Source: Armatimonadota bacterium (GTDB taxonomy: Bacteria; Armatimonadota; DTGP01; JAKQQT01). From it: a stretch of 64,000 bases of DNA. Both the position numbers and the translations under genes were made by a program. The notes under the pieces were generated by a model that saw only the letters and a list, made by a program, of their open reading frames with translations, was not told where the DNA came from and did not search any database. This document shows, piece after piece, positions 9,958 to 19,395 of the stretch (within the stretch, counting starts at the first letter, position 1; each line of letters opens with the position of its first letter). The stretch lies in the NCBI GenBank assembly GCA_036504095.1, contig DASXVS010000032.1:18690-82689 (forward strand). The letters run 5' to 3'.

Positions 9958-11096
9958 TCGATTCCGGCCTTGTCGAGAAGCCGGCGAAGCACGAGGTCGT
10001 GCCGCAAATGTTCTGTCGCGACGGCTTTGGCGGCGGACGCGTGGTGGCGAAGGTCGCTCGCGCAACGGGCCAGCGCATCGACGGCGGAGGCAGCGTCGGA
10101 GAACTGGAAGAGTCCGTCGCCGGTCGGAAGGTGATCGGCAAAACCCGTATCCTGCAAGACGACGGGCCGCCCGCTGGCGAGGTATGCCGCGCTGCGGTCG
10201 CTGAACCAGCCGCTCCGCGTTTTGACGTACGCTTCCTTGGCGACGGAGAACTCCCCGCGCGAGCCGGCGATGTACTCCCCATAGGAATCGAGCGATCGGC
10301 TTGCGGCAACGGCGTCCGTGACGGCCCATCCGTTGTCGCGCAGCGTCTTCTGCACATTCTCCGGCGCGTTGATGGCAACCTCCAGAGATTGCCATGTGCG
10401 CCGCGGCAGGTCGATGACCCGCCGGAACTCGACGTCCTTTTGCCCGTATTCCACGCCGTCCAGGGTGACGTTGGCGTAGCTGGTCCAGTTCATCAGCGTC
10501 GTCCAGCGTTCTCCGGGCGGGGCCTGATTCTCCCAGAGGTCGAGGACGATGGGCTGGCGAGTTGGGACCCAGTCCATCCCGCATGTGGGGAGGAGGCACC
10601 CGGGCTTTCCGATGCTCTCGCCATAAGTGGCATGTACGGTATAGCGGTCCATGACGGCCCTCAGATCGGAGTCGCCGCCCGCGAGGCCGATCTGCGGGAA
10701 CGCGGGGTCTTCGTCAATGTAAACGCGGACCGGGCATTTCTCGAACTCGGGGAGCCACGTGACGTCGGACAGGCTGATGAGCGGCGCTTCGGGGGCAAGG
10801 CGGGCTATCGTGTCGCGGGGCGCGCCGGAAACGCTGCCGTGAACGTCCACGAAGGTCCAGCGTCCATCCAGCCCGTGGCGCCTGAAGAGGCCGGCGATGA
10901 TGTCCGCACCGGTGGCGGGATCGTCACCCGAAACACCTTGCCGGGGATCGAAGCAGGCGTTCTCCCAACCGGCGTTCTCGACGAAGAACACGTCGTAACC
11001 CATGCGCGCCAGTCCCAGGACGTACTGAAGATGCGCGGCGATCTGCCCGCCCAAAGGGTAGCGGATCATATACCCGGCCACGAAAATCGGTTTCAC
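9954..11096 (-). CDS. Putative GT-B-like glycosyltransferase, paralog A of the adjacent gene.
   Basis: Aligns along its full length with the ORF 11093..12232 product (VKPIFVAGYMIRYPLGGQIAAHLQYVLGLARMGYDVFFVEN versus MRILVTGIIGQYPVAGVTLCYLQYVLGLRDLGHDVFYVED). The probable GTG start overlaps the upstream stop (GTGA). The C-terminal SDRSAAYLASGRPVVLQDTGF resembles the GT4 E..G..PV motif. Confidence 0.5.
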   Translation of the reverse strand: MKPIFVAGYMIRYPLGGQIAAHLQYVLGLARMGYDVFFVENAGWENACFDPRQGVSGDDPATGADIIAGLFRRHGLDGRWTFVDVHGSVSGAPRDTIARLAPEAPLISLSDVTWLPEFEKCPVRVYIDEDPAFPQIGLAGGDSDLRAVMDRYTVHATYGESIGKPGCLLPTCGMDWVPTRQPIVLDLWENQAPPGERWTTLMNWTSYANVTLDGVEYGQKDVEFRRVIDLPRRTWQSLEVAINAPENVQKTLRDNGWAVTDAVAASRSLDSYGEYIAGSRGEFSVAKEAYVKTRSGWFSDRSAAYLASGRPVVLQDTGFADHLPTGDGLFQFSDAASAVDALARCASDLRHHASAAKAVATEHLRHDLVLRRLLDKAGIE

Positions 11097-12232
11097 GCCA
11101 TGCACCGTTCCAGCATCGGCGGCAGGACGACCGAAGCGCTCAGGTATTCTTCCGCGATCTCCCGCGCGCGGCGACAGTGGAATGCGTAATCGCCGTTGAT
11201 CGCCTCGATGCCCGCCAGGCATTCCTCCATCGTTCGGAAGGCGACGAAACCTTCCGTCGCCGGGATATTCTCGCTAAAACCCGTGTCCTGGCTGAGGACC
11301 GGCTTCCCGGCGGCGAGATAGTTGGCATCCCGTTCGCTGACCCACCCGCTCCACGTCTTGGCGTAGGCGTTCTTCGCGACGCTCCATTCCCCGCGCGATT
11401 GCGCGATGTACTCCTGGAACGTGGGGATGTCGCGCGTCACGTCACGGGGGTCTGTCACGATCCAGCCGTGTTCGCGCAGCAGGGCCTGCACATCCTCAAA
11501 AGCGGCAATGGCCAGTTCCAGCGGCTGCGACGTGCGGCGCGGCAGGTCCAGGAAACGGCGCAGTTCTATGTCCTTCTGGCCGTAGGTCTCACCATTGTAC
11601 TCGGTCGGCTCGTAGGCGCTCCAGTTCGTCACCGTCGTCAGAGTCGTGGCATCGGGGCGGTGATCCGGCGTCCAGAGCGGAAGGTACACGGGCTGACGGC
11701 ATGGCTGCCACGCAAAATGATCGCCGGGCACCGAGCAGTTCGGCCGCCCGATGTTCTCGGCGTATGTGAGATAGACGTTGTGGGCGCCGATGAAGTCGAT
11801 GGTGTCCGCGTCGCCTTTCGCCACGGCGATCTGCTGAAAGCCGGGGTCGGTATCCACGAAGGCGCGTCGAGGTATCTGCATGTGCTCTTCGCGCAGTACG
11901 GTGGCGCCCGAGAGGTTCAGCCAGAGGTCCGCGGTGCGGTACAGCTCATCCACGGCCGGTTTCGGCAAACCGAAGAATCCGTGCTCGTAGTCCATGTAGG
12001 CCCAACGGTCACCCAATCCCACGGACTCCATGGCCTTTGCGAGATAGGGCAGGCTGTACGAGTAGTCGATGTCTACATTCTGGGTCACGGGGTTGTACGG
12101 AGGCGTGCCGTTGTCCTCCACATAGAACACGTCGTGGCCAAGATCTCGAAGGCCCAGCACGTACTGCAGATAGCACAATGTGACGCCTGCGACGGGGTAT
12201 TGTCCGATGATGCCGGTAACGAGGATACGCAT
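11093..12232 (-). CDS. Putative GT-B-like glycosyltransferase, paralog B.
   Basis: The N-terminal Rossmann-like MRILVTGIIGQYP...GHDVFYVED and C-terminal ...YLAAGKPVLSQDTGF resemble the two GT-B domains. The stop overlaps the start of paralog A. Confidence 0.5.
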   Translation of the reverse strand: MRILVTGIIGQYPVAGVTLCYLQYVLGLRDLGHDVFYVEDNGTPPYNPVTQNVDIDYSYSLPYLAKAMESVGLGDRWAYMDYEHGFFGLPKPAVDELYRTADLWLNLSGATVLREEHMQIPRRAFVDTDPGFQQIAVAKGDADTIDFIGAHNVYLTYAENIGRPNCSVPGDHFAWQPCRQPVYLPLWTPDHRPDATTLTTVTNWSAYEPTEYNGETYGQKDIELRRFLDLPRRTSQPLELAIAAFEDVQALLREHGWIVTDPRDVTRDIPTFQEYIAQSRGEWSVAKNAYAKTWSGWVSERDANYLAAGKPVLSQDTGFSENIPATEGFVAFRTMEECLAGIEAINGDYAFHCRRAREIAEEYLSASVVLPPMLERCMA

Positions 12233-12311
12233 GGTAGGTTAAGGGTGCTGTCAGGCTGGCGCGAAAAGGTGCGAGGCGGGCCGTGCGCCGGGTTGGCCCG
12301 CCTTTGCGCTG

Positions 12312-13034
12312 CTACTCCGGGAGGTTCGCCCCGGGGTCGGTATTGTTCGAGATGACGCCCAGCGGGTCGTGCTTGTTTCCGCAGTATGCCACAGGCCAGT
12401 AGCCGTGGGAGTCCACATTGGGGAAACGGTATGCGAAGGGCCCGCTATCCGTTTTGGACCAGGCGACGTGTCCATCGGTGTAGGCGAAGTTCTTTCCCTC
12501 GCCATGCGGGTACGTTTTCAGATTGTCGTCCTCCGCCCACATTTGTGAGAAAAACTCGGCGGTGGAGTCGTTCCAGTCGAAAACGAGTTGTGCGCCCTTC
12601 TCGAACAAGAGGACAGTGTCCGCCGGGCGCTTGAGTTCGGTAACGGCGAGGCCGGACACATTGCGCGGAAAGGCATACCCCCGGATCGTTCCGCCTATCG
12701 GAATCTGCAGCCGTGCCGAGTTCGCGGGGCAGTCGAACGCTTTCACGCTCTTCACCTGGGCGAAAATGGCAGCGTCCCAGGTGGTTTCGGAATCCTGAAA
12801 CCACCACCTGGGAAGGTGCGAGTCGTTGTCATCGGCATACGCGGTCATCGCATCGGTTAGCTGGTGCAGATTGGAGACACACGTCGTGGCGTACGCCCTT
12901 CGCTTCACAAGCGCAAAGACCGGGAACAGGATGGCGGCCAGAACGGCGATAATGGCGATGACCACCAGCAGTTCCAGCAGCGTGAAGCCCGGCCCGGCCA
13001 GTCGGCTCTTGCGGCAGTAGTAGTCCAACCTCAT
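12312..13034 (-). CDS. Prepilin-type N-terminal cleavage/methylation domain protein with a DUF1559-like C-terminal region.
   Basis: [28 protein letters not shown] is the class-III signal (G|FTLLE). [11 protein letters not shown]... and the [11 protein letters not shown] tail are typical of the DUF1559 family abundant in Planctomycetota. Confidence 0.8.
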   Translation of the reverse strand: MRLDYYCRKSRLAGPGFTLLELLVVIAIIAVLAAILFPVFALVKRRAYATTCVSNLHQLTDAMTAYADDNDSHLPRWWFQDSETTWDAAIFAQVKSVKAFDCPANSARLQIPIGGTIRGYAFPRNVSGLAVTELKRPADTVLLFEKGAQLVFDWNDSTAEFFSQMWAEDDNLKTYPHGEGKNFAYTDGHVAWSKTDSGPFAYRFPNVDSHGYWPVAYCGNKHDPLGVISNNTDPGANLPE

Positions 13035-13184
13035 CTTGCTTCCTCGTTAGTTATCGCGGGTCGGTCACTCGCCCGCGGAATGTCCGGCTCAACCATGTCT
13101 ACCATGGATGAATCCGCATCCATCAGGTGTATCAATATCACTTATGCGAGACTCTGCAGCCGGCGCATCTGTTCCACATGAGCC

Positions 13185-15437
13185 TCATGGCAGCGAGTCC
13201 AAACCGTGCACCGCGCGCAGAACGCGCAAGGCGTCAAGGATGCTGATGCTGCCATCTCCATACCCGGAAGGAGACGACGAAGGCTTGGGCGCCATATCTC
13301 CGGCCGCGATCATCAGTCCGTTCGCCGGTGTAAGACCCGCGGCGGCTGCCAGGAGCGCCGCGACATCGTGAATGGTGACGGCGCCGTCACCGTCCACGTC
13401 GCCCGGCAGGTAAACCGTTACGCTGCGGGACGCCTGAGCCGTGTTTCCGGCCTTATCCACGGCGGTCAGCCGAAGGGTATACACGCCCGGCGACAGCAGG
13501 GACGTGTTCCACGCGCCAAGCGAACCGCTGGAGACCGGCGAGGACAGCGTGGAAATCGTCGTGTAACTTGAAGGACTCGCTCCGGCCCCCGATTCCAGCG
13601 TGGCGTGATCGAAATGCGCGTCAGAGACCGTCCCGGTCACTGCGACGTTCCCCATCACGAAGGCGCCGACCGCGGGCGCAGCAATATTGACTGTGGGAGG
13701 CGTGTTATCGATCACCAGCGCGCTCGATGCGCCGGTGCTGGTGAGGCCAACGCCGTTGGTTGCCCTCACGGCAACGTAGTAGCTGCCCTCGGCAAGCCCG
13801 GCCGTGGACAGCGAGGTGGACGTTGCCGTCCCCATCGCCGTGAACGCTTTCACGTCTGTCGCGCCGGACGTTGTGCCAACCCCGTATTCATACCCGCTTA
13901 TCCCGGACTCCGGGTCGGTGGATGACCACGAGATGGTGACGGACGACGCATTGTTCGCGTAGCCCGCGGAGAGCGTTACGATCGGCGTTGTCGGCGGAGT
14001 TGTGTCAGGACCGCCGGAGGCGTCGGCTATCCGCTGCGCATAGACCTGTCCGGCGCTGATATCGTGCCAATCTTCCCAAGCTACGATCGCTCCGCCGGCC
14101 CCGTCGGTCACCACACAAGGAGACTGTTCGTAGTACACCGATGCGGCTACCGGAGAGCCGTTGTCAGGCCACAACATTCCGCCTGTGCCGGTGAAATGCT
14201 GCACGTAGACGTCGGGGCTGTTCGTCCGGCTGTCCTGCCAGCCGGTAATGACCCCGGCGGCCCCATCGGACGCCGCCGACGGCGCTGTCTGGTCACCAAT
14301 CGCATTGCAAATGGGCTTTCCGGTCCAGGACACGGCGCCCGCTGAGGACACCTTCGCGCCCAACACATCTACACCGTTGCCGGCGGCCAGGTATTCCAGT
14401 TCGGCGCTGCCGTCGCCGTTCGGGATCAGTATCGGTTCGTACTCGTCGAACGTTTCTGTCGCCACGCCGAGGCCGTTCGCCCCCCATTGAGGGGCCAGCG
14501 AAGCGTTCATTCGCTGGGCATAAACGTCGGCGTTCGTTGTCCCGTTGCGGTAGTCGTACCACGCGAAAAGGTATCCGCCCTGTCCATCCGGCTTCAGGTC
14601 GTTAAGCACCTGGTCGCCGGCCGCGTTGCACACAATCACGTGGGAACCGGCAGACCCCGTGGCCGACACCTCGGCCGCTTTCACGTCGGCCACGTTGGTG
14701 GTCCCGTTATCGGTCCAGCCGACGATGGCGCCGCCGCCAGCCTGGCTGACGATCAGAGGGCCGAAGTGTACTCCGGCCGCTTTCATCACGGCCACGCCCT
14801 CCGGCGTCCAGCTCATCGAGCCGTCGGCAAGGACGCGCTGAGCGTAGATGTCCTCTTCGGTGATCGGCCCCAGGGAAGACCGGAAATCCTCCCAGGCGAC
14901 GATGGCGCCGTGCGCCCCGTCGGTGCAGATGACCGGGTGTTGCTGGATGTTGAGCGCAGAACAGACCGGCACGCCGTTCGCTATCCACTGAGGGCTGCCG
15001 TCCGACAGAATGCGCTGGGCGTAGATATTGGTGTCTGTGGCCCCCGCCCGGGAATCCGCCCACGCGACGATGATCCCGCCCGCGCCGTCACTCGCCGCGG
15101 TCGGACTGTCCTGTTCGCCATCGGCTGCGCACACTGCCACGCCGGACGCGCCCCACAACGGATTGCCGTTTTTGTCCAGATGCTGCGCCCTGATGTCGCC
15201 GCCCGTCCAACCTATGCTCGGAGTATAGTGCGCATACTCCGTCCACACCAGGAACACACCGCTCGCCCCGTCCGGTAGTGCCTTGATGCCGCCCTGGTAG
15301 AGCCCGGGAGATGGCGCGGCAATGACGCCGCCGGCCGTCCACAGGGATTGGAAGTCAGCGAGTGCGCCGGATGCCAACCCGGCCAGCAGAGAGGCGGCGG
15401 CCAATCCCTGCAACAAACTCGAAATCGTCGCCTTCAT
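13185..15437 (-). CDS. Secreted repeat protein: signal peptide, ~8 tandem ~48-aa repeats (propeller-like), FN3/Ig-like modules, C-terminal dockerin-like domain.
   Basis: The repeat unit G[VA].VC.A...Q..P....DG.GGAIVAW.D.R......DIYAQR[IV] recurs about 8 times. The FN3-like segment is TTPPTTPIVTLS...ISWSSTDPESGISGYEY. The C-terminus GDVDGDGAVTIHDVAALL...GYGDGSISILDALRVLRAVHGL is dockerin-like. Confidence 0.6.
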   Translation of the reverse strand: MKATISSLLQGLAAASLLAGLASGALADFQSLWTAGGVIAAPSPGLYQGGIKALPDGASGVFLVWTEYAHYTPSIGWTGGDIRAQHLDKNGNPLWGASGVAVCAADGEQDSPTAASDGAGGIIVAWADSRAGATDTNIYAQRILSDGSPQWIANGVPVCSALNIQQHPVICTDGAHGAIVAWEDFRSSLGPITEEDIYAQRVLADGSMSWTPEGVAVMKAAGVHFGPLIVSQAGGGAIVGWTDNGTTNVADVKAAEVSATGSAGSHVIVCNAAGDQVLNDLKPDGQGGYLFAWYDYRNGTTNADVYAQRMNASLAPQWGANGLGVATETFDEYEPILIPNGDGSAELEYLAAGNGVDVLGAKVSSAGAVSWTGKPICNAIGDQTAPSAASDGAAGVITGWQDSRTNSPDVYVQHFTGTGGMLWPDNGSPVAASVYYEQSPCVVTDGAGGAIVAWEDWHDISAGQVYAQRIADASGGPDTTPPTTPIVTLSAGYANNASSVTISWSSTDPESGISGYEYGVGTTSGATDVKAFTAMGTATSTSLSTAGLAEGSYYVAVRATNGVGLTSTGASSALVIDNTPPTVNIAAPAVGAFVMGNVAVTGTVSDAHFDHATLESGAGASPSSYTTISTLSSPVSSGSLGAWNTSLLSPGVYTLRLTAVDKAGNTAQASRSVTVYLPGDVDGDGAVTIHDVAALLAAAAGLTPANGLMIAAGDMAPKPSSSPSGYGDGSISILDALRVLRAVHGLDSLP

Positions 15438-15471
15438 GTGTCTTGCATCCCACTTTTGTGCTTGCGATTGG

Positions 15472-16644
15472 TCAGCTCAGCACGGCGATGCGCACGGCCG
15501 ACACCACGTCCTCCACGTCTCCCTCCGTCAGTTTCGCTGAAAGCGGCAGCGACAGCGTGCGGTCCGAGATCATCCGAGACACGGGGAAATCCTCCGGCCG
15601 GAAGCCGAACCGCTCCTGGTAGTACGGATGTAGGTGTAACCCTATATAATGAATGCCCGTTCCGATGTTCATCTCGTGAAGCCGCTCCTGGAACTCATCG
15701 CGCGTGAAATCCACTTCATCGAGCTTCAATAGAACCTGGAAGAGGTGGCGGGCGTGGGTAGTGTCCGGGTCTTCCGGGGCCGGCAGGTCCAGAGGCAGGT
15801 CCGCGAAAGCCTCCTTGTAACGGGCCCAGATCTCCCGGCGACGCACCGCCCAGTCATCCACTTTCCGCAGCTGGTGAATGCCGATGGCGGCCTGGAGGTC
15901 CATCATGTTGTACTTGAAGCCGGGCGCCACGACCTGGTAGTGCTTGTAGCCCGAGTCGCTGTAACGCTGCCATGCGCCCCGGCTCAAGCCGTGCAGGCCC
16001 CAAATCTCGAGGTCCCTTGCCCAATCCTCGCGATCGGTGGTGACCATGCCGCCTTCGCCGGTCGTCACGTTCTTGGTGGCGTAGAAACTGAAGCAGCCCA
16101 TGTCGCCGATCGTCCCGCATTTGCGACCGTGATACACGCTTTCGATAGCGTGCGCGCAGTCCTCGATCACCCTGAGTCCGTGTTTGCGGGCGATGGCCAT
16201 GATCGCATCCATGTTGCAGGGGCGGCCGGCAAAGTGGACCGGCACGATGGCTTTGGTCCTCTCCGTCACAGCGGCGTCGACGGCAGCCGGATTGATGTTT
16301 GAGGACGGCCATTCCACGTCCACGAATACAGGCGTGGCGCCGGTATGGACGACGGCGTTGGCGGTGGCGGCGAACGTCATATCAGGCACGATGACCTCGT
16401 CCCCCGGCCCCACCCCCGCCACCAGCATGGAGAGGTGCAGGCCCGCTGTGCAGCTGTTGAGCGCGTGGGAGTGCTGTGTTCCGACGTATTCGCGAAACAT
16501 CCGCTCGAAGAGGGCGACCTTGGGACCGGTGCCGAGCCAGCACGAACGCAGGCTGTCCACTACCTCGTTGATCTCATCCTCTTCTATACGCGGGCTGCCG
16601 AAAATGAGGTAGTCTGCGCGCAACGGCCTTTGTGTTTCCATCAT
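15472..16644 (-). CDS. DegT/DnrJ/EryC1/StrS-family PLP-dependent sugar aminotransferase.
   Basis: Full-length match to the family pattern (IFGSPRIEEDEI...ALNSCTAGLHL...FSFYATKNVTTGEGGM...). A PLP-Lys context is present. Confidence 0.9.
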   Translation of the reverse strand: MMETQRPLRADYLIFGSPRIEEDEINEVVDSLRSCWLGTGPKVALFERMFREYVGTQHSHALNSCTAGLHLSMLVAGVGPGDEVIVPDMTFAATANAVVHTGATPVFVDVEWPSSNINPAAVDAAVTERTKAIVPVHFAGRPCNMDAIMAIARKHGLRVIEDCAHAIESVYHGRKCGTIGDMGCFSFYATKNVTTGEGGMVTTDREDWARDLEIWGLHGLSRGAWQRYSDSGYKHYQVVAPGFKYNMMDLQAAIGIHQLRKVDDWAVRRREIWARYKEAFADLPLDLPAPEDPDTTHARHLFQVLLKLDEVDFTRDEFQERLHEMNIGTGIHYIGLHLHPYYQERFGFRPEDFPVSRMISDRTLSLPLSAKLTEGDVEDVVSAVRIAVLS

Positions 16645-16692
16645 GATCCCGTGGTCTCCTCTGCACGTACTGTGACGCGAACCGATCCGCTC

Positions 16693-19239
16693 TCAGCCGG
16701 CGTTTCCCGCGGCGGCGCTCTCCGCCGGAACGGGATCCCCGCCGTAGCGAAGGGGCACCCAACCCATTTCGTGGGCGGCCTGGTCCTCCGCGTAGGCGAT
16801 GAGGCGCCGGTAAAGCCGCGCCTGGCCCCACGCCATCAACACGAAGATACCCAGTATGCCGAGATTCACTCCAAGCGCGGCGGCCGGGTCGTCGATGTCG
16901 AAGGTGGTGACGGCAAGGATGGGGCCCAGCAGCAGCCAGAACCATGGAGTGAGCGCCAGGGTAACCCGGGTGCGCAGCACCGTCTGTTCGTGAACTGCGG
17001 TGTCTACATAGGCGGTGACAAACGCGAGGCGGCTGACCTTGAGGTCCCATCGTTCCCACCCGTCACCCGATGACGCGTCCAGATACATCTGCTGAAGATG
17101 GTAGGCGACCTTGTAGAGAAACGCGGGACGGTCGATCCAGGAAGCCCAATACCCATCCGACGGCGTGGCGGCTTTCTTGCGCCGTGCCTGCGTACGGAAC
17201 CGGGTGCCCTTCAGCCGGCCGATGCTTCGGTAGACCGGCTGCAGCAGATGGAGCCGGAAAACGAGCCACCACTGATATGCCTTTTCCCGGTTGCCCCCGC
17301 GCTCGCGGCGGGCGCCGTCGGAGGCGGCCTGGGCTCCCACAAAAATCGTTCCTGCGAGGCCGCACACCGCCACCGAGGCAAACAACAACGCGACGTACGG
17401 AACCACCATGAAGACGCTCGCCGCCAACGCCGCGGCTGCAAGCACAACGGCATACCATTCGGGGGTCAACGCCAGCCCGGCCCAGTTGGTCCAGTGCGGA
17501 TAATAGACTGACTGGAACATCGCCGCGCCGAATTCGCCGTAATGAACGCGCCGGCCCACTTTGAGGCGATGGAGCGGACCGTCGTAAAGGCTTCCCAGCC
17601 ATTTGATGCCGCCAAGCGCGTTAAAGCGATCGGGGTGATTCTCGTGGAGCAATGCCTCGGCGAAGCCATAACCCCTTTGCTGGCCCAGGTATCGCTTCAC
17701 GTTGGGCCGGCGATGGTGCCACACCATGGCGCCATGGTTAAAACCGATACGATAACCGGCGCTTAATACGCGCCAGCACATGTCGACGTCGTCGCCGGCC
17801 GTACGGTAAATGGTGTTGAAGCCGCCCAGAGACCGCAGCACGTCCGTCTTGAACGCCATGTTGCATCCGGGTACGTGCTCCGCTTCCTCATCGTCCATGA
17901 GGACATGGGTTGCGATGCCGGGGCAGCGGTCCACCGCACGCGCCACGGCATTGTCGTTCTCAGGCAGCAGGTTGGGGCCTCCCACCGCGCTCCAATCCCC
18001 CTCGGTGAAACTGGCGGCGAGATAGAAGAGCCAGTGCGGAGGCAGCACGCAGTCGGCATCGGTGTAGGCCACAATCTCGCCCGTCGCGGCGTCCATTCCC
18101 GCATTGCGCGCGAAGCTCAGGCCGCCGCGGCCAGGCTGCAGTAGCCGGATAGGCTCCGCGTAGGTTCCCGCGATCGATGCCGTCTGGTCTGTGGAGCCGT
18201 CGTCGATCACGAGCACCTCATAGTCCGGGTATTCCACGCGAGCGAATGAATCCAGGCACTCCGCGATCGTATCCGACGCATTGTAAGCGGCGATGACAAC
18301 GGAGATGCGGGGGAGGCGCGGCAGCATCGCATACAGCGGCCCGGTGTACAACTGCTGTACCGTCGCGTACGCCGCCTTCGGCCGCCGGGCCTCGTCCACG
18401 ATCCCGAATCTCCAGTCTTCGACCCTTCGATCGCCCACCACCCACTCGTCGGTCCAGCCGAACAGCGTTATGCCGCAAAGGCCCTTCTGGAACACGGCCT
18501 TCACCAGCCATTCGAGGGTCTCCGCCTGTTTCTCCTCGCTGGAGTGCATCGAGTCCAGGCCCGATTCGCCCAGGAGAATGGGTTTGTCACCGGCGAGCGA
18601 CTGCAGTCGCGCCAGGTAACTGCGAAACTCCGGCTCGCGTTCCAGGTAGACGTTGAAGGTGATGACGTCGAGAAAGGAGAGATCCAGGTATTCAGCGGGC
18701 GGATAATTGGCGAAGGTGACGAGCGAGCCGGGATCCTCACGATGCACGAGGTCGGTCAATTCGCGAAGGAAGCCTTCTATAACCGTCTGCCCGTACCAGC
18801 GGATGATGTCCGGCGGCACTTCGTTGCCAATGCAGTACATCAGCACGGCGGGGTGATTACGGCACGCGCGGACCGCTGCGGTCACCTCGGCCTTTGCGGC
18901 GCTCCTGTCCGTCGCGCTGTCGTACATGAGTCGGCGCGCTTCCCAGAACGTGCCGACGATAACGTGCAGCCCGTGCTCGCGCGCGGCGTCCAGCAAATAG
19001 CGGGGGGGGACAGTGTAGGTGCGGATCGTGTTGACGCCGGCTTCGCGCATCAACCGGAAGTCCAGGTGAACCGTGGCCTCATCCGGGAAACGGTACCCGT
19101 CCTCCGATTCCGCGAAAGTGCCGTAGGTGACGCCCTTCACGAGGAACAGCCGGCCGTTGACCCGCAGGAACTTGCCCCACACTTCCGGTCGTGTGTCCTG
19201 GTTCGCGCGCCTGGTTGTTTCGTGAGATGGCAGCATCAC
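16693..19239 (-). CDS. Fused clan GH-A TIM-barrel glycoside hydrolase domain + family 2 glycosyltransferase + multi-pass membrane domain (polysaccharide synthase-like).
   Basis: The N-terminus (GVNTIRTY... CIGNEV ... LGESGLDS) has GH-A acid/base and nucleophile motifs. The middle (ISVVIAAYNASDTI...VLVIDDGSTD...YTDADCV...QQRGYG) is a GT2 module with D,D,D and Q..R motifs. The C-terminus has several TM helices. Confidence 0.7.
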   Translation of the reverse strand: MMLPSHETTRRANQDTRPEVWGKFLRVNGRLFLVKGVTYGTFAESEDGYRFPDEATVHLDFRLMREAGVNTIRTYTVPPRYLLDAAREHGLHVIVGTFWEARRLMYDSATDRSAAKAEVTAAVRACRNHPAVLMYCIGNEVPPDIIRWYGQTVIEGFLRELTDLVHREDPGSLVTFANYPPAEYLDLSFLDVITFNVYLEREPEFRSYLARLQSLAGDKPILLGESGLDSMHSSEEKQAETLEWLVKAVFQKGLCGITLFGWTDEWVVGDRRVEDWRFGIVDEARRPKAAYATVQQLYTGPLYAMLPRLPRISVVIAAYNASDTIAECLDSFARVEYPDYEVLVIDDGSTDQTASIAGTYAEPIRLLQPGRGGLSFARNAGMDAATGEIVAYTDADCVLPPHWLFYLAASFTEGDWSAVGGPNLLPENDNAVARAVDRCPGIATHVLMDDEEAEHVPGCNMAFKTDVLRSLGGFNTIYRTAGDDVDMCWRVLSAGYRIGFNHGAMVWHHRRPNVKRYLGQQRGYGFAEALLHENHPDRFNALGGIKWLGSLYDGPLHRLKVGRRVHYGEFGAAMFQSVYYPHWTNWAGLALTPEWYAVVLAAAALAASVFMVVPYVALLFASVAVCGLAGTIFVGAQAASDGARRERGGNREKAYQWWLVFRLHLLQPVYRSIGRLKGTRFRTQARRKKAATPSDGYWASWIDRPAFLYKVAYHLQQMYLDASSGDGWERWDLKVSRLAFVTAYVDTAVHEQTVLRTRVTLALTPWFWLLLGPILAVTTFDIDDPAAALGVNLGILGIFVLMAWGQARLYRRLIAYAEDQAAHEMGWVPLRYGGDPVPAESAAAGNAG

Positions 19240-19395
19240 TTGACGAAGCGTAATCAGATGAGTGCGGCGGGCGGCGCAGCGGATAGGCTGAATTGGAACA
19301 CTATCAATTCTACCATCGGGACTCTGTCCGTGCCACTCGGTAGGTTGAACGATACATCCTGTACACGTTGGGATCGCGGCTCGGGGCGCCGGCGG

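Noticed and set aside
9958-10599. N-terminal 213 aa of the listed 608-aa GT4 ORF
   Set aside because: The extension is Arg-rich and overlaps the upstream paralog gene. The GT4 fold begins at MRILVLAPELPYPP, whose ATG overlaps that gene's stop.
9999-12355. Plus-strand ORFs 9999..11189 (396 aa) and 11177..12355 (392 aa), opposite the glycosyltransferase operon
   Set aside because: Both are antisense shadow frames of the paralogous GT genes. Their composition is biased (R/G/P/A) and they have no domains.
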